From assembly GCF_001194135.2 (NCBI RefSeq), contig NC_068994.1, positions 19,306,770-19,363,582 of the forward strand: 56,813 nt of DNA, read 5' to 3'. This DNA is from Octopus bimaculoides (Eukaryota). Made by a program: the position numbers and the translations under genes. Below are positions 47,258 through 56,813 of the stretch, piece after piece (within the stretch, counting starts at the first letter, position 1; every line of letters begins with the position of its first letter). Below the pieces are notes generated by a model. The model made no database searches, was not told the origin of the DNA, and saw only the letters and a program-made list of their open reading frames with translations.

Positions 47258-47292
<35 letters not shown>
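46676..47292 (-). mobile_element. Unclassified ~600-bp interspersed repeat bounded by (TAA)n at both ends
   Basis: GC-richer block between a (tta)-like run at ~46675-46700 and (tta)n at 47258-47292; recalled as an abundant octopus repeat, but only one copy is in this window. Confidence 0.5.
47184..47255. repeat. 25-bp tandem repeat, 3 copies (agtgcctggaactgcatcagggcat)
   Basis: Read directly; no spacers. Confidence 0.95.
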
Positions 47293-48539
47293 GTTTAAGA
47301 GACACTTTTCTCAGCTCACTTCCACACAGCTTGAGTTTACAGCTTAGATTTCATATCCAAAACTCAGTGCTGAAGTTACTCTTGATACATGCAAAGAAGA
47401 AGCTCCATTTAACAACAATCACTCTAAAAGCTTTACTCTAGAATGAATTTTTTAAAAAACACAGAAGTGTCTCCTTTCAGAATTTCTTAATTACTAATGA
47501 AGCACATCAATTGCTCAACACTTCTAAATAAGAATTTAACAGCAGTACTTTCATTCTTTGACTCAGTAATAAATTTCACACTTTTTCATATAGACGGAAC
47601 ATATTTAGCTTATTTTGAGAAGTAAACCAGAATCCATTAGTCCTGCTTAAGTGTAGTTAGAAAACAAAGCAAAAAAAAAAAACAAAAAAACATGAGCAGG
47701 GCTGATGTTCTAAGAAAATGTATTCTTAGTCATAGACTTAGTTCACACAAACACACACAAGAATCTATGATTATGTGTGCATGTATTCATGTAACATTCT
47801 AACATCTTTCCACAGACAAAAATATTTCTTGTAGATGCACATTTCAGCAAATGTTCAATGTGGCTTCTAAGGAAGTGAAATAATATGTACCAAAGCTCTC
47901 TAATTGATTGGAATTTGGCTTCATAATGACTACTTTAATACACAACGTTATGGTAAATAAATAAAAAAGAAAATGTAAAAGAAATACAACTAATCATTAT
48001 TCTCTGTAAAAATATAATGACAAAGAAAAGCAAAGTTGAAAAAGTAAACATAAAGAGTTTAACTTTCTGTTTCTTTAGTGAACAATATAGAATAATTAAT
48101 TGTAGGTGTTCAGTAAAGAAAGACACGAGAGACACCAGTAAAAGGTTTTGTTTGTTTGATTTGCATTAAATTACAATTTTTCTACAGAACAACATACATG
48201 ATTAATGTAGCCATTTTTTTTCTTTCATTATATTTTGAGCAATATTCAGAACTAATAACAATAATAATTCTAAAAATCCTAAAAATGTAATAGCTGTTAT
48301 TATATATAAGTTACATTGTCCTCGTGGACTAAACAACAAGATCAGAGATATGAGTTCATATCTGTTACAAGCATTTAGGTCTCTATTTTTGTTCACAGGG
48401 CTGTGTAAGGAGGGAATTTTCTCACTCACAGAACACTGTTTAGTTTCAGGCAGAAGTTCTATGAGTTCCTATATTTCATGGAGTTAGTTATCACTGTAAT
48501 ACTATTACGTTGTTACTAGGAAAGATGAAAGAATTATGA

Positions 48540-48766
48540 TTAACCCTTTAACACTTACACTGGTCATACCTGGCCAAAATATTTTATCCATTTTATGTTT
48601 AAACTGGCCATATCCAGCCTCTCGCATCTACCCAACAATGTCATTCTAAAAATAAACAATCACATCATTAAAATCTCAAATTCACGAGATAATGCATGAT
48701 TAATTCAAAGCAATGTGAATAAATAAGCATTACTTTGACAGAGCAATCTGAATGCTAGAGGGCTAA
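48540..48766 (+). mobile_element. piggyBac-like MITE, copy 3
   Basis: TTAAcccttt...agagggCTAA; internal identity with 1989. Confidence 0.8.
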
Positions 48767-49340
48767 ATTTGTGCAAGAATCAGTGTTTTGAGTAGAGCTC
48801 ATTCTTTATTCTTTATGCTTAGTATTTTTGATAATTTCACTAACTTGAATATGATATCAAAAATAATAAAGCATAACATCACCTGAGTGCTAATTACTAC
48901 TGTGACACTTCCTAAGAATTTTTTAATGTTCTGACATGGTTAAGGCCAGCTGTGGTTACTCATACCCTCTAAAAATTATACCAGATTTTCAAACTATTAC
49001 TAATTTGTTACAAATATTGTTGGCTCATTAGAACCATAAAACTTCAAATCATAATTTATCCTTCAAAATATTATTTTGCAAATTAACTGGAACACAGCCT
49101 GTATAATCCTATTGCAAATAGGATCAGAGAAACGGTTAAAGAAGAAATTATGTACAATGACCAAATGGATAAAGAGCTAATGCACTGCCCAATGTTACTT
49201 GCCTATTTAAAGAAGAATTATATTAGAACATCACTCAGAATTTGTGCCTCTGGCACTTAATGGTTGCTGTAGTTAAAAAAAATTTGAAACATGATGGAGA
49301 TAAAGAAACAATAATATTTATTACTTAATATTAGCTAAAT

Positions 49341-49506
49341 TTAGGTGGCAGAATCATTAACATGGCAGGCAGAGTTCAAATTCTGTTGGGGTCTACTTTT
49401 CTTTTCATCCTTTTGGGGGTTTATAAAATAAGTACTAGTTCAGTACTGCGGTCAATGTAATCGACTTATCCCTTCCCTGAAAATTGCTGGCCTTGTGCTA
49501 AAATTT
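49341..49506 (+). mobile_element. SINE-A copy with an internal deletion
   Basis: ggtggcagaatcattaac...gagttcaaattc...tttcatccttttggggg...gctggccttgtgc. Confidence 0.8.
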
Positions 49507-50488
49507 TAACTTTCTCAACTAAGCTACAAATTACAAATTAATACAAGCAGGAAAGAAACACAATATGGGTTACTAAATGTTAACTGTATCAAAATTTCAT
49601 TCTATCCTTTGCTATGAACAATAAATAATTTACATATATACGACCCTGATAAAAATGAAAAAATGTAAAGCATTCAACACTAGATGGAAGGAAGTAGGAG
49701 AGGGAAAATGAAATATTCAAAAACTATTACTCAATTACTAGAAAACAAAACTGAATCTTGCCAGCCACAACCTTTCTAGAGAAAGAGTAACAGAGATGAA
49801 ATACTTGTAGAGATGCCTTTCACTTACAATAAATAGTCTAGCTTTTACTGTTTCTAATCTGATTTGGTTTCAATAGAATGCAGAATAAAATTATTTTTCT
49901 TAAAAAAATACTTCTTTAAGGTAGTCTTATGAAAACCTGCATCAAGAAGACAACTTATTGAAAAATACTGTGTTTGATGCAGAACAATAAAAGTAGATTA
50001 CAAGCTTTACTGAAACTAGTTTGATGCTGCAATTCTCTGATACAATCCTTTGGCTATAACATTTTCAAAAATATATTAAAGACTAGAATAAACCATTTCC
50101 ATATTCATCTTTTACTAGTGCACAAAGCTCCATTACAAAAAAGTCATTGTAATATAGGAATATGGATAAACTTTCTCTTCAGGTGAAGAAAGTACTAAAG
50201 AAAAATAAAGTAAAAAATATGAAGATATAATAGATTCAGGAAGTGTATAGGATGAGAAAATGTGACAATAAAATGAAAGAAATGATGACTAGATAACCAG
50301 ATTTTACAATGAGCAAACGTAGGATCTTGCACAAAATTTCTTTATCAGCATAATGAATTTGCCAAAACTCTCTGCATTTAAAAACCAGACCATGGTTTTA
50401 AGTTTTAAATCTTAAAACAACATTCCTACAATAAAGATAAATAGAATAAAATGCCATGAATGATTTCACATGATCAGATATTACTGTG

Positions 50489-50715
50489 TTAACACTTTAC
50501 CATTCAGATTACTCTGTCAAATGTAATGTCTATTCATTCACATTGGTTTCAAGTAATCAAGGTGCATCTTGTAGCTTCAAGATTTTAATGAGGTGAGTCT
50601 TTATTTTTAAAATAACATTGTAGAGTAAGAGTGACAGGCCAGATCTAGTTAGTTTGAACATAAAACAGGTAGAATATTTAGGCCAGATGTGGCCAGTTTA
50701 AATATTAAAGGTTAA
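50489..50715 (-). mobile_element. piggyBac-like MITE, copy 4
   Basis: TTAAcacttt...aaaggTTAA; matches 38042. Confidence 0.75.
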
Positions 50716-52129
50716 AAATCTGTTGAAGTAAACTAGACTAGACTACCCATTAAAAATAACAAAATGCTTGAAATAGCAATTCAATCTTCTTCAAATTACA
50801 TTGGATAATGAAGTATCTTATACCTAAAAACAAAAAAAGTAGATGATCATGGTAGGAATGCTTTTTTGCTTCAACAGGGCCAATTCAGGAATAAACAACT
50901 TACATTGAAATGATAGTGCAGTTGGTAATTGTACAGCTAAAAAAAAAATAGCCCTAGTGGATATGGTACTAAACCAGATCAGAGATATTATGAAATGATG
51001 CAAGCTAAAACGATATTTTATCATTCCATTTACTTGCTTTACAAGTAAAAGTTTCCAATCTCTTTTTATTATTATTTTTTTTTTATACTAGTTGCAGTCA
51101 AGAGGGATGGTATGAATATTTACACCAGTCTAAGCACACATAATCATATATAGATGCAGTTTTTTTCCTTTTGCCTTTTTTTTTTTTTTTTCCTGTTTAG
51201 ATAAATTTTTTCAGCAAACTACAATAAAAGTCAGGAATTTCCGGAAAGATAATAAGCAAACGCACCCACATTAATTCCAATTGATTAACTTTTTCATTCC
51301 TCCTCTCCCCACTTTTTTTTTGTTGTTTCTAACACAAATTTGTTATCAGCAAAACGTGTCTTTTGCTTCAACAAACTCATTAGATGGTGGTAGTGGTGGG
51401 TTATGTAATACTGCTATTAAAGAACAGAGGTTAGAACTGGGATCATAGTATTATTATCATTTTTACAGCAATTAGAATAATACACTGCCTTCTCTTGTTT
51501 CAGTATATGTGTATGTGCATGTGTGTTGTGTGTTGTATGTGCATTTAACTGAATGCTCTTTCATTCATTAAATAACTGACATTTATATACATTTATTTCC
51601 CTAATGATAGCTACATATAAAAATATTTAGGTTACACATATTATATAATCAAGAATGTCTAGAAATTTTAGCATTTTTCATTTACTTAATTCATGCTAAT
51701 ATTGTGACCAAATCCAAAAAAATGACAGTATTTGAAGATATTCTTTAAAAGCTTACAAATGTGTATTTCTTTCATTAATCTGAGGAATGTAGGCAAAAAC
51801 AGACACATATCTGATACTCCATCCAAGTAAGGCCATTGCAAGTGATGTCTAGTTTGAAGAGGTTAATATTTTGACTAGAGATAAGAGCATGGAGGAGTTT
51901 CTAGAAGGTTGTATTTTGAGGAAGATGGATTAAGAAAAATGTTTAGTATGAAGTCTAGTGGAGTGAATTTCAGTAGGGGTGTTTGAGATAAAGAGGAATT
52001 TGAGCATCAAATGGATTTGGGCAATGGTATGCATTTTGTAAGTTCAAAGAATTGGAAACTATTGTAACTGCAATAATAACAGAGAGGCAAACATGATTAT
52101 GGTGAGTTACCTAATAGAGTGTAATGGAT

Positions 52130-52460
52130 ACTTTTTATGTGACACCTTGCTCTAATGTTTTTTATGTAGCACTAGTACCAGTGCTTTTTATGTGGCACCA
52201 TCACCAGTGTTTTTGGGTGTTAGGGGATGAAATATGGGTTGGAGGAGAAAGCTGACAGGACAAAGCCCCTCACGGACAAGCATTACCAAGGCGGTTTTAA
52301 GATATCAATTCTATTGTGGTCAGCAGGTCTTCTTGAATACAGTAATGCACCATATATCTCAGTCCTTTGTCATCTCTTTTGCAAAGTTCAACATTTTGAG
52401 ATCAGCCTTCAATACTTCGTCTCATCTCTTCTTGGGCCTCTCTCTTCCAGTTGCACTTTT
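52130..52460 (-). pseudogene. Degenerate RTE 3' end
   Basis: Minus strand, with a frameshift: ..EVLKADLKMLNFAKEMTKD*DIWCITVFKKT; adjacent tttttatgtg(g/a)cacc sub-repeats like those at 39765-40018. Confidence 0.65.
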
Positions 52461-52677
52461 TTATGCAACTGTCCTTAAATATATATTCATATTTTTCACA
52501 ATAAAAAATTTTTTTTTAAATATAACTAATTTATGGTTTTCTTTTGCTATGCAGATCATTCATACTTACAATATTACTTTATTTTTAACTTTGTTATGAT
52601 TTTGATATCTTACATAGGCACAACATCCTTGCTGATCCCAAAACATTAATAACATGTGTGCGCATGCACATGCACAC

Positions 52678-52710
<33 letters not shown>

Positions 52711-52918
52711 CACACACACACACACAAATAGATACAAATTTTAATGACTCAGTAAATGGAGTTTACATAAGTCACCAATTTCTATAATCATTGGTTTCTC
52801 AAATATCAACAGTTGATTTATCTAGGATATATTTGAAACAAAATAGAAACAGTTATATAATAAGCTTATCTTTTCAGATAATTTCAAATAAAGTTGAAAA
52901 CATTTCTTTTTTTTTTTT

Positions 52919-52928
52919 NNNNNNNNNN
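52919..52928. other. Assembly gap (10 N)
   Basis: n characters. Confidence 0.99.
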
Positions 52929-53057
52929 TTTCTCTGGAATGTTAGATTTTGTATTTTATGAAGAAAATTATAAGATCTTTTATTTTTGATATCCAGACAT
53001 CTTTTAACTCTGAAATTTAGGGAATATGTGTAGAAAGACGCAGGTAGACACAGGTTC

Positions 53058-53083
53058 TCTCTTTCTCTTTCTCATTTCTCACT

Positions 53084-53139
<56 letters not shown>
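53058..53139. repeat. (CT)n-(CA)n compound microsatellite
   Basis: Read directly. Confidence 0.95.
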
Positions 53140-55898
53140 ACTTGTATTTATTTCGTAACGAGCATTACAAAATATTCAATTTTTTAATTTCAGAATATCT
53201 TGTTATCTCAAAGGTAGAATGCAAATGATATATAAGAATGGAGAAACAACAGATAAAGGATTATTACCACTGTACTGTATAAGTAAATATTACAGTAACA
53301 GCCAATAATCTAAGTTAAAGCTTAGAAAAGTGGGGAATGATATTTTTTTGAGATTCTCTAAGCTACGTATATAACCAATGCAAATAAATAGTTAAATATA
53401 TTTTTTGGTTTTCACACAAAACAAAATAAAAAAAAAAACCTATGAAATGTGTTAGATTCCAATAAGTCGATATGTGTGGAGCAACAGCTGCAGATTCTAG
53501 TGCTGCTGTCAAAGAAGTCATCCGAAGTAACACATTTGATCAATAAGATTTTTGTGATACCACCGAATTAAGGTGATTTTCATTATAAAGGAAAATAACA
53601 GAAAACAAAAAATTTATAAAATCAAAACTTTAACCAAAACAACTTTTGTTACAAAACTGTGGGAATGTTGTTAAAGGTAAGAAAATTTCAAATGTAATAA
53701 GAAACAAATAAAAAAAAAAGCTAAGAGCAATTGTGAATGTGTAAACATATATACATATGTTTGTGATGGAGACAGGGAGAAAGGATTCAATTATTTTTGT
53801 TACTAACTTAATGGAAGCTGCCTGTATAGTAAGAAAATGTTCTTTTCTCTTCAGTTGTTTCTGTCATTTTTTTTTCTTTTTACTTATAATGTACCTTTTG
53901 AACAAAAATCTCCAGAAAATATTTCAGTTGTTTTTTTATTTGTTTATCTCACACCTTAGGATGGTTTTTAAAAATGTAAAGAAATAATGAATAAGCAGGA
54001 CGAAAAAGAATACGAGCTACCACACAATGTCTGAGAGACAATATAATGCAGACACATTCCACCAATGGAAGAATAGTTAAAAATACAGTTACAATCATGA
54101 CAAAAAAATAAAATGATTTGAGATTGATACTAGTCCACAAAAAGATTACAAGAGCTGATCAGCTTACAGAAGAATGTAAAAATGCTAAGATTACAGCAAG
54201 CTATAAAGAGTAAAATTATAGACCTCATAAAACTAGATGCATGTGTGAGTCTGAAAAGAAATATAGGCTAAGACTGAAAAGTAGAAATTACAATGTGAAT
54301 AGCAAATCTATAATCACTCTAGATACCTGAAAGCTTTTTTTTCCCCACTATATATGACATAGACATGAGAAACAAAATTTTCAAGAAATTTATGGAATTA
54401 AACCATAGTCAGTTGGTGTCAATGTCTTTCTTGATAAAGAAATGTTTAATATGTAAATGTATCCATAAATCTATCTATCCATAAATCTGTCTATTTGGTG
54501 AGTGGGACGGTAGTTAGATTTGATGTAACATCAAATTTTCTAAAAAAAAAATTCATATAATAGTCTGAAAAATGAAGATATCCATACATAATTATTTTCA
54601 CACATACCAAAATATTTTTCTTCTCCATAGATTGATAAATTAGTATGCAGTAATAACAAATAAAACTGCATTTCGCGGTATTTATATGAAAAGAAAATCC
54701 AAATATTCTAGATGTTCCTGTTGCCATGCAGTACCTTTCAAAATGCAAGCTGAAATTTCTATTTTCAAAATGTAGTTACTTTCTATGACAACTTTTAAGA
54801 TTTAGTTTATTAGAGGGCTAAACTCATAAATGAATCTGACTAAAAGTAATATCATTGCATGAAGATTCAATAGACAAATTGCAAAAATCATTAGGAAGGG
54901 AAAACATCAAACAGGCATATCAAAAAATAAGTAAAATAAATCAGGCTCAGTGAAACAGTGTTTTACTATTCTCTCTTGGTAGATGTATACTTTTCCTATT
55001 GACAGTTTTTTTTACTTTTTCCTTTTTTTTTTTCTCTTGTGAAGACAGAATGGATGAGCAATCAATGGAAATATATAAGACACAAAATGATTTTTAGTCA
55101 TTTAAGATCTGATAATATAATTCATTATAATAAAAATGAAAATGAGGAAAAATAAAAATGGACTGGAAACTAGTGAAGAAAAAGAATAGGAAATAAGTCA
55201 GCACACTAGCTATGTTTTTGTAAAAACTTATCACAATATATATATTATCAAGGAAGGTTAAAGTTTCTGATTCATTAACTTCTATACCAACACACAAACC
55301 ATTTTACTGCCACGTGAAAACTTTGAAATAATGTTTTGTGGTTTCCATTAGTGAAACTAGCAGAACAAGTAATAGAAAATGCCAAGGAATAAACAATTTT
55401 ATAGCATGCAGATACAGCAGTCCTCAGAAAATTATGCTGGATATTTCTATGTGATATCAAAACATCATGTAGTGATATAAGAATTGCACACTGGTCTTCT
55501 TATATGCCTTAGCAATAAATTGTTGGCAACAGGTCAGATAACAATTCTCTGTCTATCATCATTAGATGTTATATACAAAAGCATTCAGGATAAAGGTTTC
55601 TTTGTAACAATAATAAAAGAATAAACCAGTTCAACAGACACTAACATATCCCCTATAAATGTTTAGCATCTTAAACTGGTCAATTCAGCTTACTGCCCTT
55701 AATAACACCATTATGCACAATTCTGACCAGAGATGGCATTAAAAGCATGTTGGCATTTAGAGCCTATTTGGATGGAGGATTTTGGATTTTGACTGATACT
55801 CATCTGATATTACTAAGACAAACCAATTTGATTTTAATGTTCACTCTACTTGATATGCCATATCATACAGAGCTAAAAGGTTTTATACATACATACAT

Positions 55899-55947
<49 letters not shown>

Positions 55948-56771
55948 GGTAAATGATAGGCTTGCCTCAATCCTTCAGGGGTAGTCTGAAGCATCCAAGC
56001 AACCAGGGGATGTTTAAATCTGGAGGCACTCCTGGGAATCACCTGTGCGGGTACCGTCTTGGTTAGAGGGCATCTAGAGGCAGGTAATTCATTGTTTAAA
56101 CCGTAGATATACACATATACATATCTATATACAAACTGATGAGAAATTAATGCCATTTCCTTTTTAAAGAATAACATTTAATAGCTATATATATACAACT
56201 GCTTTGATGACTGATAAGAAAGGAATAAACTGAAATTTGATAATGAGAATTAGATATAATTTGTCTGTTTCACAAAATATTCTTTTAGATATGTTGGACA
56301 AAGTTTTGGCAGAGCATTTCAGCTTCCATTTATCTTATATTCTGATTAGTTCAGTACAACTTTCATGTGTGTGCACACAAAGAAACTTATCAACCAGCAA
56401 AGTCATTGCAAGTGATATTCAGTTCAAACAGGTTAATATTTAGAGTGGAAGTATGAGCATGGAAGAGCTTCTACATAGTTGAATTTTGAGGAAGAAGGAC
56501 TGGGATAGAGACTGACCTAAGGAAGCCTCTGGTTCTATGGCACAATCTTCCTTTTTTAAAAGGATCAAAATTAAAAAACTTCCATCAAGATTTCATTCTG
56601 ATTCATCTTCTGAACACCAGCTTATTAATAATTTACTAAATTCTTCATTATTTACAAAATTAATTGAAACAAAGGCTGCATATTTCAACAGAAATATGGT
56701 AACAAATGGGTTAATATCCCAAAAAAAGAAACGGACACATACACAAACATCAATATCCAAATATGTATGTG

Positions 56772-56813
<42 letters not shown>

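Noticed and set aside
54735-54749. 15-nt microexon candidate (cag|CTTGCATTTTGAAAG|gtactg)
   Set aside because: Weak donor and a purine-rich acceptor region; expected by chance.
27790-56145. CTGATGA motifs as hammerhead ribozyme cores
   Set aside because: I could not find the matching GAAA and stems at the required spacing; an Infernal search would be needed to exclude them fully.

Overview
AT-rich, repeat-dense eukaryotic genomic DNA with three N gaps and no long intact ORF. I recognise the repeat families from memory as octopus-type (coleoid cephalopod); this is not a database result. Most of the window is a transposon patchwork: two abundant tRNA-headed SINE families (here SINE-A and SINE-B), decayed LINE fragments of at least four clades (RTE including BovB-like, CR1/L2-like, R4/Dong-like, HERO-like), hAT-type and piggyBac-type MITEs, a ~490-bp foldback element and many microsatellites. 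The strongest splice-site pairs I found all lie on the minus strand, so the window is probably mostly intron of a minus-strand gene that I cannot name. The best exon candidates are a start-codon exon at 40439-40531 (MAEKGKTLENSMTEWDHVSVI) and a 105-nt exon at 22122-22226. The most interesting observations are a recursive-splice-site-like AG|GTAAGT junction (2787/2788), a (TTC)50 tract acting as a polypyrimidine tract, inverted TE pairs bracketing the start exon, a chimeric hAT MITE bounded by one 8-bp TSD, and head-to-tail SINE arrays built in (TTA/TAA)n tails. I found no convincing novel multi-gene system. Exon calls are sequence-only predictions and may be pseudoexons.
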